The position numbers and the translations under genes were made by a program. The notes beneath the pieces are model-generated. The model was not told the DNA's origin. It did not search any database and saw only the letters and a program-made list of their open reading frames with translations. A stretch of 64,000 nt of DNA from an uncultured virus (IMG/VR IMGVR_UViG_3300031539_000003) (Duplodnaviria; Heunggongvirae; Uroviricota; Caudoviricetes). The DNA is taken from IMG/VR virus record IMGVR_UViG_3300031539_000003; one strand, given 5' to 3'. This document shows positions 8,647-20,200 of the stretch, piece by piece (position 1 is the stretch's first letter; each line of letters begins with the position of its first letter).

Positions 8647-11600
8647 TTATATAGTTGACGAATCAGAGCTTATAGACGAATCAGAGCTTATCGACGAATC
8701 AGAACTAGCCGATGAAGATGAAGCAACTATTGTAACCTGATTCCATTCTGCTATAACAATAAATGGTTCAGGTGTAGGCTCAACAAAAGTTATTGAATTA
8801 CCCAAAATAGTCCAATCCGTATTTTTTCTTAATCTACTCCCATTTTTAAATAATCTAATATTATTGGATATTGACTCAACATATTCCAGTGGCATTTCCC
8901 AATGAAAAGCATCAACAAAAGTACAATCACCCTCAAAATATTCTGATATAGTCGTTAAAATAGATTCTAATGTCTCAACTAATTGGCCCCAGTCAATATC
9001 AAATCCCAACCCTATTAAGGCAGCAAGTTCCTCTAACCTTTGCCTATGTGTCCTTACTTCACTTTCAACAGCCTCAAGCCTACCCTCAATATCAGAAAAT
9101 GGCAATTGCCATCTAAGCTCAAAAAATGAACCATTTATAGGAGCTTCCTCAAACTCTAACTCTGCTGTCGCCCTTGTCCATTTAACTTCCCCTGAACCAA
9201 GCGACCTTACCTGACTATAAACCTGAGTTGATTGATTATAATTTATCCAAATTGTCTGATCTGATCTTTCGGTAATTGAAACCTCATGCCCTCTATTTAA
9301 CTCGACTGGAGGTGTTACACTAATAATGCTATTGGTAGATAATTGATATTTCAAATGCGTATAATAAACATTAAAACTTCCACCTTCAATGACACTATAT
9401 ACTAACCAGACGTTACCATCAGCACTATGATGTAATTCCATTCTAGAGTCAATATTAAAATTATCTAATACAGCCGATAAGTCTGAAGGTATAAAATCTG
9501 CAGCGACTACTATGGCAGTATCAACATCCAATATAGCAGCCATAGGTCTATTACTATTATCATAAACAGAATTATCACAAACCCACGATATCCAAACATC
9601 TCCACCGTCAGATAATTCCTGAGAAAGAGATGGGTAATAACAATTATTAACACCATCACTTATCAAAATTTCACTTCCAGATGCTGCATACGGTGCTGTA
9701 CTATTAAAAACTCTTAAATAAATGTTTGATATCCCGCTCTCAACCCTTCTATAGACAAGCCATATCTTATCACCAGTACCACCAGTATTGTATATGTATT
9801 TCCCTTGTGGTGAATATATTTCATCTGACAAATCATAAAAAGGTACAGGATCAGCAAAACTTGTCTGACCATAAGACACATAACTATAATAAACATTGTG
9901 ACTATTTACAGGCAAAGAACTGGTAAATAAAAACATTAAATCTTCATCTGGTCCATTTGGAATTTTCACAACAGAAGGCCTAGAATCAGAATCAACAATA
10001 AATCCTGTATTTACAGGAGGTGACCACACTTCTTCTGATATCTTCTGAGTTGCCCACCATAAATTATAACTAGCCCCAACATCTTCTGTATCAACCCATA
10101 ATGTCCATACTTCATCGTCAGATTGAACTGCAGATACAACAAGCCCAAGATTATTACCACTAAAACTAACTCTCTGTGGAACTGTCCAAGGATTTATCCC
10201 TCCAGGAGTGAAATCATTAACTGAATATGGTTGCCCTGGTGCTGTATACGCTGAAATATCCCCATCCACAGTAATAGTAGTGGCTGTATTCGAAATTATT
10301 TCATAAACCTGAGGGGTACCATTAGCTGTATTAGGATTTATATGACCACCAACAAGAGACCCATCGGTAGGAAAGTCAGCAACAGTATCTCTAACAGTAA
10401 AATTATCCGGAAGAGAAGTCACCGTACCAAAACTAGGATTATATAATAATTCCAATATAATAGGATTGTTGGTACTATCATCAGTCAAATCTGCCCTTAC
10501 ACCAACAAGCCTTGAAGTCTCATCTTCTAACAATAAACTATCAACTTCAAAAACTGTATTTACACCATTTACATCCTGAGTAACCCTTTCCATAATCAAT
10601 CTGGTTGTTTTATCATAAACTCCCAGATTATCTTCTATCTTGGTAAGTAACGATTGAAGAGTATCGACATCAGATATTTGATGCTGATGAATAATTGTAG
10701 AATACTCAGTATCGTGATCATGCCCCTTATCAGACTTCCCTGTAGTCGGATGATCAAGTTCTTCTTGAGTATAATACCTGTTATCATGAGCAACAACAGT
10801 ACCTATTGGAGGATTAGATCCATTAAGATTTTTTGTATGCTCTTCAAACTCATTATTATTTATGTAATTAGGATGAGCATCAATATCATTCCTATGAGAT
10901 TCATGTTTGGCATTTTCAACATATAATGTATGAGCATCATGGTAAAAATCAACCGTTAAACGCTGTCCGGATGCCGGTGGAACAAGAAAAACAATTCTTC
11001 CCCATTCTTCTGTTACCTCTTCACCTTGTTTTATATACGTTCTATCTACAACATTCGTAACTGTATAAAGAGCACCATTAACTAGCGCTTCGTCTAGATA
11101 AACTGCTATCGACTCATCTTCTGCTATTGGTAAAACCCAAAAAGTATTAGCTGTTCCATTAGTTAACTCATCTTGCAAACCGTCAGGAACATACGCCTCA
11201 AAAAATTTAGTAGTATGAATCCCAATATCTTCAACAGCCTGATTGGCAGCACTGATAACACTCGGTAAATCTTCTATGATATATCGCATATCAGTAAGCT
11301 CTAACTCAGCCGTATGAGGCAAATACCATATTCTCTCCTGGGAAATCAAACTGACATCAGATAATACAATTAAAATATTTCTTGTATAAGGAACATAATA
11401 AACACCTGGGACAAGATCACTCGACATCCCATTATTATTTAATGCATCCCACTTTGACTGAGTAATAGCAGACGGAATCTTAATAATCGTTTCGCCACCA
11501 TATGTTAAATAGGTAACTTTTTCTACAGTCAATATATTAAGATTAGCCTCATATTTTGCCCAATTGACACCCTCATCATGTGTCCCATCCATCTTATCTA

Positions 11601-12222
11601 AGAAAACTTCAGATTGAGTTTTAAGAATTTCCGGTCTAACTAACTTTGCAATTTCATGAAACAGTATATTCCCATCAGCATCCATCTCTGTTGGAAGCGT
11701 ATCCACTAACCTTAATCTATACCCCGATTCTACTCTATCTGACGTATGTTTCCCATCTATAACAGCAAAGCCTGGCTCACCAAGAGCAACAGGTATAAAA
11801 TTACTATTTAATCTTTCTAATATAAGGTGTAATACCACAAGATCTGGATAGACATCATTATCGGGAACTTCAACATAATCATTTAATGGGATATCAACAG
11901 CCTGCCCACCTATATATGCTTTTCCCTTAGTTATCTTTAACTCATAATTACTGGTAGGAGATAATACTACTGCCTGCTGTAAAGATGTAACCAATCCAGG
12001 CTCAAATTCTTCTGTTTCAGTATTGAATTTAGTTTTATAAACACCATTAAGCTGCCCGCGTGTAGCAAACAGGAAATTTTCAAAACTGGTAATCATTATA
12101 TCCTGGAATGCTATCAGATCAGTCGGCGTTATACTCAAATCATATTTGAAAACTACTTTTTCAAATATTTTTCTAGATACCGGCACACCATTCTGTGTAT
12201 ATAGAGAGTAGACATCTGACAT
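8647..12222 (-). CDS. Large virion fibre/baseplate-associated protein (HxH fibre repeats, propeller-like region, coiled coil, Ser-rich C-terminus)
   Basis: AHDNRYYT, GHDHDTEY, HQHQISDVDTLQ fibre-like motifs; repeated W-I/L-V/S-Y/W strands; ends SSSSASSDSSISSDSSISSDSSTI. Confidence 0.65.
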   Translation of the reverse strand: MSDVYSLYTQNGVPVSRKIFEKVVFKYDLSITPTDLIAFQDIMITSFENFLFATRGQLNGVYKTKFNTETEEFEPGLVTSLQQAVVLSPTSNYELKITKGKAYIGGQAVDIPLNDYVEVPDNDVYPDLVVLHLILERLNSNFIPVALGEPGFAVIDGKHTSDRVESGYRLRLVDTLPTEMDADGNILFHEIAKLVRPEILKTQSEVFLDKMDGTHDEGVNWAKYEANLNILTVEKVTYLTYGGETIIKIPSAITQSKWDALNNNGMSSDLVPGVYYVPYTRNILIVLSDVSLISQERIWYLPHTAELELTDMRYIIEDLPSVISAANQAVEDIGIHTTKFFEAYVPDGLQDELTNGTANTFWVLPIAEDESIAVYLDEALVNGALYTVTNVVDRTYIKQGEEVTEEWGRIVFLVPPASGQRLTVDFYHDAHTLYVENAKHESHRNDIDAHPNYINNNEFEEHTKNLNGSNPPIGTVVAHDNRYYTQEELDHPTTGKSDKGHDHDTEYSTIIHQHQISDVDTLQSLLTKIEDNLGVYDKTTRLIMERVTQDVNGVNTVFEVDSLLLEDETSRLVGVRADLTDDSTNNPIILELLYNPSFGTVTSLPDNFTVRDTVADFPTDGSLVGGHINPNTANGTPQVYEIISNTATTITVDGDISAYTAPGQPYSVNDFTPGGINPWTVPQRVSFSGNNLGLVVSAVQSDDEVWTLWVDTEDVGASYNLWWATQKISEEVWSPPVNTGFIVDSDSRPSVVKIPNGPDEDLMFLFTSSLPVNSHNVYYSYVSYGQTSFADPVPFYDLSDEIYSPQGKYIYNTGGTGDKIWLVYRRVESGISNIYLRVFNSTAPYAASGSEILISDGVNNCYYPSLSQELSDGGDVWISWVCDNSVYDNSNRPMAAILDVDTAIVVAADFIPSDLSAVLDNFNIDSRMELHHSADGNVWLVYSVIEGGSFNVYYTHLKYQLSTNSIISVTPPVELNRGHEVSITERSDQTIWINYNQSTQVYSQVRSLGSGEVKWTRATAELEFEEAPINGSFFELRWQLPFSDIEGRLEAVESEVRTHRQRLEELAALIGLGFDIDWGQLVETLESILTTISEYFEGDCTFVDAFHWEMPLEYVESISNNIRLFKNGSRLRKNTDWTILGNSITFVEPTPEPFIVIAEWNQVTIVASSSSASSDSSISSDSSISSDSSTI

Positions 12223-12259
12223 TGATTGTCTCCATGAAATTTATTTTAATTTGTCTTTT

Positions 12260-15200
12260 CTAATATTGTCTATATAATGTTATCCTATAACCTTTAGTTT
12301 GTAAATTAGCATGATTATGATATATTTGTAAAGCTGAAGAACTACTAAAATAAGCATAAAAAGAGCCAAAAGTAAAAACAGGATAATTCATACTATACCA
12401 TATATTACTAAATGCCTCAACTTCATAATTAATAAGAACGCAATTGTCTGATGTAAAACCAGTAGGAAGAGTTACACCCGATGATGCGCCAGCACCAGTA
12501 GTCCCTGTAAGTACTGTTAAATGTCCTGAGACATATCCACCGTTACTTGCGGAAGCAGGGTTAAAGGTAATGGTTTTACCACCTATAGAAATTGTTCCAT
12601 CATTATTAATAGGACTATTAAATGGAAAACCATATCCAGCATTAATATTAACATCCCCACCATATCCCTCAACTGATTGCTTTCCATCACCACCCCTAAT
12701 ATTGATAGTACCACCTTCACCACCATCACTAAGCAATGCATCGCCACCATCTATCCTAACATCTCCACCATCTGCATAATCAGAGGTATTTGTACTACTG
12801 CTACCTCGTATATACATGTTATCAGCACTATTAGAGCTAGTGTCAGGATGCACAATATATGCATCATTATAACTCGTAAAATATATTGACTTTGCATCTT
12901 CTATATCAGCCCCATTAATATCTATTGCTTTACCATTAAGATAAACCTTACCATTACGATCATTTATTCCACCATATCCAGCATATATATATACACTACC
13001 ACCGTAACCTTCACTTCCAGGAGTCGTGTTATAATCATTCCCACCTTTTATCTCAACCCCACCACCAGAGCCACCATCAGCCGGACTATGACCAGCATAC
13101 ATCCCCATCCATCCACCCGAAACCCCAGAACTAGTACTAGTTGTAGAACCTGCTTCCAACGAAAAACCATCAGATGACCCACTAGATACATCGCCATGTT
13201 TTATTTCAGCATAATCAGATGAATCAAATTCTATAGTTTTAACACTACTTATTTTAGCATCAGCTACAGTAATGTCATTTATGCCAACATAACTACCATT
13301 AATTGAAACGAACCCTTCTCCACTACTACCATAACCAGAACCAACATAGACATTTCCACCAAAGCCAGTGATAGCATTTCCTCCAGTAACATATACATCT
13401 CCACCAGCACCAGAAGTTGCTGTCCCAGCCACTAGATTAACATCACCACCGCTTCTACCTCCACCCGTTGTATTACCACCATACACGCTAGTATCCTGCG
13501 CATGATAAGTAGTATGAACAGCATGACCTATCACACCTTCTGACGTATGAGCAAACTCTATTGTACTTGCCATATACAAATTAGCAAACCTATTATTAAT
13601 ACCACCTAAATCAGAAGTATTATCTGACCTACCTATAAAATTACCTTCGCTAAATATGGTACCATTAGCACCAATAAGACAGATAATATTACTAACACTA
13701 TCCTTAAAGGCAACCCCAGCATCAGTTATCTGCCTTATACTTAAGTCATACGTATCAGCTACAGATGGATTATAATAAGTGAATATGTCAGCACCCCTAT
13801 TTGGTGAAACAACATTACTCCCTTGACGAAAAGATAGTGAAGCAAAAGCAAGCGGGGAATTACTTTCATTATGAATTATTGAACTTGCCCCAACACTTGC
13901 ACTAGCAACATTAGACTTAACAGTCAATCCTGACGTAGCATTATACCCACCACCTGGCATAGTTATAGTTGTTTGCCCTGATTTTTTAACACTAAATCTT
14001 TCTGATATACTAACTAGACTATCTATAGCAGTATTTGCATCGGTATTACCAAAATATTGAAATTCCCCAGCAGCATTAATACCAAACATAGCAGCATCAT
14101 TATCGGCTACTAAACGTTTATAAGTACCACTATAGTAAATATTTCTGGTAAACCAAGTAGATGCATTAGCCCCAGAATCAAAATCTAAAATACCCAAAAC
14201 ATCTTTATACTGAAAATCAGCCTTCGGAGGATTTACTCCTATTCCTAATTTCCCCCCTATATGTGCATTATTCAATACATGCAAACTATTCGGGCCACCT
14301 AATGTATTTAATGCAGTTATTGCATTAGCATAACTTGGATTTATTCCTATCCTACCAAATAATCCACCTGCAGCTGTCCCACCGTTAAGATGTTGCACAA
14401 CATCATTGGTAGTATCATAGTCAATTTGCCCACCACCAGAACCTGTTGCCTCAAAATAAAATGCTGGTCCCTGAAATGAACCGGCTGTAATTTTTCCTGA
14501 TGCACCTATAGTAGTAACACCAGAAATAGCGCCAGCATTCGTTATCCCACCGCTACTATTATTCAACCCATTACCGGTAATTAACCCTGATGCAGAAATA
14601 GTAGTTACACCGGTAAGAGCACCACCCATAGCAATAGTAGACGCTCCAGAAATAGCGCCAGCATTCGTTATCCCACCGCTACTATTATTCAACCCATTAC
14701 CGGTAATTAACCCTGATGCAGAAATAGTAGTAGCTCCTGAAATAGCACCAGCATTAGTTATACCTCCACTACTATTATTTAAACCATTTCCGGTAATCAA
14801 CCCAGATGCAGAAATAGTAGTCACTCCCGTAAGAGCCCCACCCATAGCAATCGTAGATGCTCCTGAAATAGCACCAGCATTAGTTATTCCACCAGCATTA
14901 ACATTAAGAGAAGGAACCGATGTCGCACCACCGATAATAGCAGTACCAACAACACCTAAATTACCACCTATAGAAAGATCATTACCTAACGCATTAGGAT
15001 AAGTGTCATTTGCAGTTCGTGGAGCCCACGGAACTGTTGCCGACCCAAAAGTTAACATTGCCCCATCAACCCACAAATTGATAGTCTGCGTTGCTGCGCT
15101 AAAACCTTCTGGAGCAATAAAAACTCTTATACGTGTTGATCCAACTGACATTCTATGAGTAATTTTATATCTTTCAAAATTACCGGCTATACTAAATAAC

Positions 15201-16084
15201 TGCTCCGTACTACCAACTCCATCTTCTATACGTAACTTAACTGTTTGTGCAGTACCACCACTTGCTTTAGCATAAACACTAAATGTAACATCTTGTCCAG
15301 CCCACCCGCTACCTATGGTAGATACAAACCCTGGAGCATCTTGCCTAACAAAAAATGACGGCCCTGGTACCTGCGCTATACTTAATGAAGATCCACCGAA
15401 ATGAACATCGGCTGCATCATTATCTTCTGCTGTTGCGCCAGTCCCCTTTGACCAACCATCAGGAACATTACTAGCTAAAATCCAAGATTCAAAAGATGAA
15501 TTACTTAATAAATTATCGAAAGTTTGTTCCTGATTTTCGTATATATCAAGAGTTTTTCCTACAAATGTATGACCAACAAGCCAGAATGGTTTAGTAAAAG
15601 CATTTAAAGTAGTACCGCTCTCTAACCATAAAACGCCCGTAGGAGCATCTATAGCCCATGTACTCCCCTTTCCAAGTACAATCGGACTACCATAATCAGG
15701 AGCAGTCCCAGAACCATTATCTTCAAAAAGCTCAACTATCCACAAGGATGAGCCTGGCACAACCAGAAAACCTGACAATAAACCAGTTCCCGGATTTTCT
15801 ATATCTTCTGCTGCATCAGCATAGAATGCTTTTTCATTCCCAGGTGTTCCCGTTGTTGAATCAGCAGTCATTTTTACTACATGCTTCTCTACTCTACCCA
15901 ATGCTATTGCTTGAGTAGGAGTCAATGTCTGCCACTCCTCAGCCGGAATCTCTTTTGATATAACAAGATGAGGATTAGGAACTAATCTCTCTTCCTGAGT
16001 AAAGTCCTTTGCCTGAGTAGAAAAACCAACATTCTGAATATGCTTAACAGCAAGACTTTCAATAATACTCTCTTGAATCGGCAT
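12260..16084 (-). CDS. Tail fibre / receptor-binding protein with CBM-like domain and Gly-rich repeats
   Basis: NLLSNSSFESW...LWVDGAML (CBM4/9-like jelly roll), GGITNAGAISG repeats, LGIGVNPPKA fibre motif, GGxVxxxxG repeats. Confidence 0.7.
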   Translation of the reverse strand: MPIQESIIESLAVKHIQNVGFSTQAKDFTQEERLVPNPHLVISKEIPAEEWQTLTPTQAIALGRVEKHVVKMTADSTTGTPGNEKAFYADAAEDIENPGTGLLSGFLVVPGSSLWIVELFEDNGSGTAPDYGSPIVLGKGSTWAIDAPTGVLWLESGTTLNAFTKPFWLVGHTFVGKTLDIYENQEQTFDNLLSNSSFESWILASNVPDGWSKGTGATAEDNDAADVHFGGSSLSIAQVPGPSFFVRQDAPGFVSTIGSGWAGQDVTFSVYAKASGGTAQTVKLRIEDGVGSTEQLFSIAGNFERYKITHRMSVGSTRIRVFIAPEGFSAATQTINLWVDGAMLTFGSATVPWAPRTANDTYPNALGNDLSIGGNLGVVGTAIIGGATSVPSLNVNAGGITNAGAISGASTIAMGGALTGVTTISASGLITGNGLNNSSGGITNAGAISGATTISASGLITGNGLNNSSGGITNAGAISGASTIAMGGALTGVTTISASGLITGNGLNNSSGGITNAGAISGVTTIGASGKITAGSFQGPAFYFEATGSGGGQIDYDTTNDVVQHLNGGTAAGGLFGRIGINPSYANAITALNTLGGPNSLHVLNNAHIGGKLGIGVNPPKADFQYKDVLGILDFDSGANASTWFTRNIYYSGTYKRLVADNDAAMFGINAAGEFQYFGNTDANTAIDSLVSISERFSVKKSGQTTITMPGGGYNATSGLTVKSNVASASVGASSIIHNESNSPLAFASLSFRQGSNVVSPNRGADIFTYYNPSVADTYDLSIRQITDAGVAFKDSVSNIICLIGANGTIFSEGNFIGRSDNTSDLGGINNRFANLYMASTIEFAHTSEGVIGHAVHTTYHAQDTSVYGGNTTGGGRSGGDVNLVAGTATSGAGGDVYVTGGNAITGFGGNVYVGSGYGSSGEGFVSINGSYVGINDITVADAKISSVKTIEFDSSDYAEIKHGDVSSGSSDGFSLEAGSTTSTSSGVSGGWMGMYAGHSPADGGSGGGVEIKGGNDYNTTPGSEGYGGSVYIYAGYGGINDRNGKVYLNGKAIDINGADIEDAKSIYFTSYNDAYIVHPDTSSNSADNMYIRGSSSTNTSDYADGGDVRIDGGDALLSDGGEGGTINIRGGDGKQSVEGYGGDVNINAGYGFPFNSPINNDGTISIGGKTITFNPASASNGGYVSGHLTVLTGTTGAGASSGVTLPTGFTSDNCVLINYEVEAFSNIWYSMNYPVFTFGSFYAYFSSSSALQIYHNHANLQTKGYRITLYRQY
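14520..14900. repeat. Intragenic tandem repeats in tail fibre shaft
   Basis: Exact 86-bp duplication at 14520..14605 and 14646..14731, plus synonymous-diverged copies; encodes GGITNAGAISG four times. Confidence 0.9.
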
Positions 16085-16097
16085 TGCCTATCTCCAA

Positions 16098-17159
16098 TTA
16101 TGCATATGTAGGACTAAATGTGATCCTATTTAATGTCACACTAGTATTTTTAACTTTAATTTTTATAAAACATTTATAATTTGATAAAGCCGAACTTATC
16201 GTACCAAAACTAAAATCAACATTTTCACCAGATCCACCGGTAAATGCTAAACATCCACCAGGATTATTCTGGAAAATACCAAGATCTTGAAAAATGCTTC
16301 CATTCTCAAATCCACCACCAAACTGATACGTTGCAACACCAGGAAGATGTAAATAAACTTCAATATTTGTCTTACCCTGAATCTCACTTAACGCATTTGA
16401 CAAACCATGAAATGTAATCGTTCCACCGTTATAAGGGCCAGTCCCCTCAAGAAGTCTATAGTAAGTCCTTACTCCTGTTAAACCAGAATAATTATTACCA
16501 TTAGGTACTGTCCCAACATAATTCCGATTAGGATAAATCAAATTATTATAAGCAACCTGCAAACTTAATTCACCACCAACAGCAGGAGTTATATCAAGAG
16601 CAGAATTCCAGTCAGCATTACCTAAAGTAACACCACTATTATTCAAAAATGAATCAACAGCATTCTTCGTAAATCTATAATTTTCACCTGAAAATTCTTC
16701 TATAAGCGCAGTAGTATTGTAAAGTGGGGCAAACGTATCAACCCTAAATTTATCGGTAGCATAACTACTTTCATCTTCATCATAAACACCATGAGGATCA
16801 TAATATCTCACAGAAGCTCTTGCATTATCATTAGCAGACACCACCCCAGTAGACCCAAGTGCAAACTGAGCCAATGGGCTAGTCCCAGCACTAATATCTG
16901 CAATGGTAGCCTTATTTGGAGTTCCACTAAAAACAGTATCAGCATCAAACCACTCGACACTTCTACCAAACTCAGACCAATCTACTCTGAGCGTATTAGT
17001 ATCCCTGTACGTTTTCATTGCAACGTTATTACACGTAGATGCAATATTCATAACATCACCAACAGTTAGCCATGATATGCCTGATAATGCCTTATAGGTA
17101 TTACCACCGGCTTCCGTTACATTAACAACTGCACCTGAGGGGCTGATATTTGATCCCAT
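16098..17159 (-). CDS. Putative virion structural protein
   Basis: 353 aa, beta-rich G/S/T/N composition, between fibre genes, GGAG RBS. Confidence 0.6.
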   Translation of the reverse strand: MGSNISPSGAVVNVTEAGGNTYKALSGISWLTVGDVMNIASTCNNVAMKTYRDTNTLRVDWSEFGRSVEWFDADTVFSGTPNKATIADISAGTSPLAQFALGSTGVVSANDNARASVRYYDPHGVYDEDESSYATDKFRVDTFAPLYNTTALIEEFSGENYRFTKNAVDSFLNNSGVTLGNADWNSALDITPAVGGELSLQVAYNNLIYPNRNYVGTVPNGNNYSGLTGVRTYYRLLEGTGPYNGGTITFHGLSNALSEIQGKTNIEVYLHLPGVATYQFGGGFENGSIFQDLGIFQNNPGGCLAFTGGSGENVDFSFGTISSALSNYKCFIKIKVKNTSVTLNRITFSPTYA

Positions 17160-17184
17160 TTATTTCTCCAATTTATTATCTCTA

Positions 17185-17212
17185 TACTTTATTTTTTATA
17201 ACAAAAATATCG
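17185..17212 (-). promoter_or_regulatory. Putative phage late promoter, 28-bp bipartite motif
   Basis: Minus strand CGATATTTTTGTTATAAAAAATAAAGTA upstream of 16098..17159. Confidence 0.65.
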
Positions 17213-17217
17213 TTTTT

Positions 17218-20200
17218 TTATCCTACATCATTAAAGACACTCGGACACGAAGCCGACCCTATGATTGTTGTTTTAGTCGGATTCGTATAATGCGTAATTA
17301 CGATAACACCCAACTCCTCTTGCCCATAAACACTATTATTATTCTGCCAATCATACGGATTAAAAATTAATCTATACTGTGCAGTCTGATAATAAGGGAA
17401 TGGCAAAGATGTTTGTGGTGGAACATATGTCATTCTTTCTGTTAACTCTATAGTTCCATGAGGGCCAACAGTTACTGGGTAATCCGTTTGTTCTGTAGCA
17501 GTCCTCGGCAAAATATTAACCTTACTCTGAGAACTATCTGTATAAATAACATCTCCCCAAACATCAGATAAATTCAATGTCGCTATCACCTGACCATCTA
17601 TCGTAGCCTCCAAATAGCCCTGATCTGCCGGATATATATAACCGGTAATATTATATGCTGTACCACTTAAATTGGTCACACCACTATGATGAGCACCAAT
17701 CGTAATACTCGTACCAGGCAATAGAACTGCATCAGCAGGAATATAAGCATTACTTGATAAAAACCCTAAATTAGCCCAATCCTGTCTCATATCATTTGGC
17801 CCATTATCCACAGGATGTGCCCCATTTCCAGTATCTTCCCCACCTAATACCGGCGGTGCCGGAGGAGTCAAATAAGACAATAACGCTGCAACATCCGGAA
17901 TCTCAAATTCATTGTCTGTTAAATGAAGATTTCCGATAACACCCAAATCATCTACAGCAGGATCATCGCCAAGTGTATTGGAACTATTCTCGCCATTATG
18001 ATTATGCCCATCACCAATACCCCATACCAAGGAAAAACTATTAACTCTCGGTTGACTATCCCCACTATTATTATCTGGTATTACTTCAATCTTAACCCTT
18101 AATTGACTACCAATAGTAAGAGGAGAATCAAAAGTATGCAATGAATTTGGTGTAACTTGAGTTACAGGAACACTCCCGTCATTAGATAAATAATATTTTA
18201 CTTCATTTCCACCACCATTCATTTCATCTCTAACAAAAAATAAAACAGATTCAATATTTGACAGTTCAACTATCCCAACATTATCAATCCAAAATTCATT
18301 GCTCCCACTCGCCCCATCACCATCTAACTGCATTTTCATCTTTGCAGTACCACTTGGAGCAACAACAACACCAGTATACTCTGCATATCTCGAATTACTT
18401 GTATCAATATTTACTACTGAACTACCAATAGGAACATCGGCAATAGTAAACCATAACACCTTAAGTTGATACGCAACACTAGTACTTTCTGCCTTAATAA
18501 ATGCTGATATATTATAAGATTTCCCTACTTCAGCAGATACAAAATTAGTCATCGTATAACCGTTACCAAAACTAACCTTAACAGCATTATCACCAGCATA
18601 ACTTTTCGTACCATCTGTACTAAACACAGGAGAACCGGTTTTAGTCCAGTTATCAGGATCAAGAACACCACTCTCAAAAGTAGGATTCTCACTCCCTATT
18701 TTATTCACAACACCTATTGCATGCTGATCAACAAAAGATTTTGAAACCCATGTCCCGGTACCTCCAATTGGAGAAAAATTTCTCCAATCAGCAACAAGAT
18801 CAGTCGCCTGAGTAGGAACTTCATTTGCTCCTAAATAAACATCTCTATTATCCAGTTGTACATTGCTACTATTTGCATCATCCATATAAGCATAATCTAT
18901 GAATGATTCAACTGCCATTTGAGAAAGAGACAATCCAAGATCAGCAGAACTTACAAATAACTGTCTGTAATATTCAACAGTAGTTTCTAATACTTGTAAT
19001 TGCTGCCATGCACTGTATTCACTCTCACTAGGATTCCCACCAGTTGGAGAACCACCAGACCCACTACCACTATGCTTCCAGTCTATTCTAAATCTATAAT
19101 CACCGATATCATCATAACCTATAACATCAGTCCCAGTAGCATAATTAACATAAACTTCACCTATTTTCGTACTATTATTAGGGACAAGTGGCTTCAACCT
19201 GCTACCATCTTCAACCCCCTTAACTACACTTACAACCCCATTATCACCCAATACAACTATATCAATCCTATCATTAGTAGTAACAAGATCATCTATTGAT
19301 ATTTGAGTATAAGTAGCTGATAATTGAGCCTCAAATTTCTCATTATTATCCCACTGTAAATTTTCATAATTTACTATCCCTGCTCCATCATAATTATAAA
19401 CAAGAGCTGCATCATTTATTGTAACCTTTAAAATTCCACTATCGGCAAAGGCTGTAGCAACCCACCTATAATAAGTATTAGCGCCAAAATACACGATATA
19501 AATATCATCACTAACAAGAGCCCCAGATATCCTGAATGTTTTATCAGTAGTAGATTCGGATGTAACACTCATCATTATGATACTATCCCCTACTCTTACT
19601 CTTTTCCCATTCACATATCCATAGCCATCTGTTACCTTGATATAATTGCTATCTTCTGCCATTAAATGGAAACCACGAACGATACCATCGCCACTTAAAT
19701 CTTTAACCCTGTCAAAAAGTGCATCTTCAATAGTTTTAAAACTACTGTCAGGAAATGTTTCAGCATTATGTTCTATATCAGAAGAATCTAATCCGTGAGG
19801 GTTATCAGCGTCCGGTATGCCAGTACCAACTTCCAATATATGGTCGGCAATAGAAACGTCTGTTTCCCCGTGCGTTCCAGTTTTGGGGAGAATGGTATAT
19901 GGTGATTCATCAGCATTTACATCAATATTCTTTGAAGATAAAGCATGTGCATTATTGTCATCGGCAGCACCCGTTCCAACCGTTGTAATATGATCTTCTG
20001 TCGTTAATTGAGAAGTCGTTCCTGGGGGATTAAGAATATCAACATCACGACCTTCAAGCCGCGGAGATATAATACCCTTATGTCTATGGGTATGCAATTC
20101 ATCGTACTGCTGAACTAATCGTTTATCAACTGAATTGGTACCATCAGGGGCAATAGGCAATGACCCATCAAAATATCTATTCCCCAGTATCTCCTGAATA

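Noticed and set aside
14520..14900. Fibre repeats considered as DGR or invertible cassette
   Set aside because: Tandem direct repeats with synonymous differences; no RT, invertase or inverted repeats seen.
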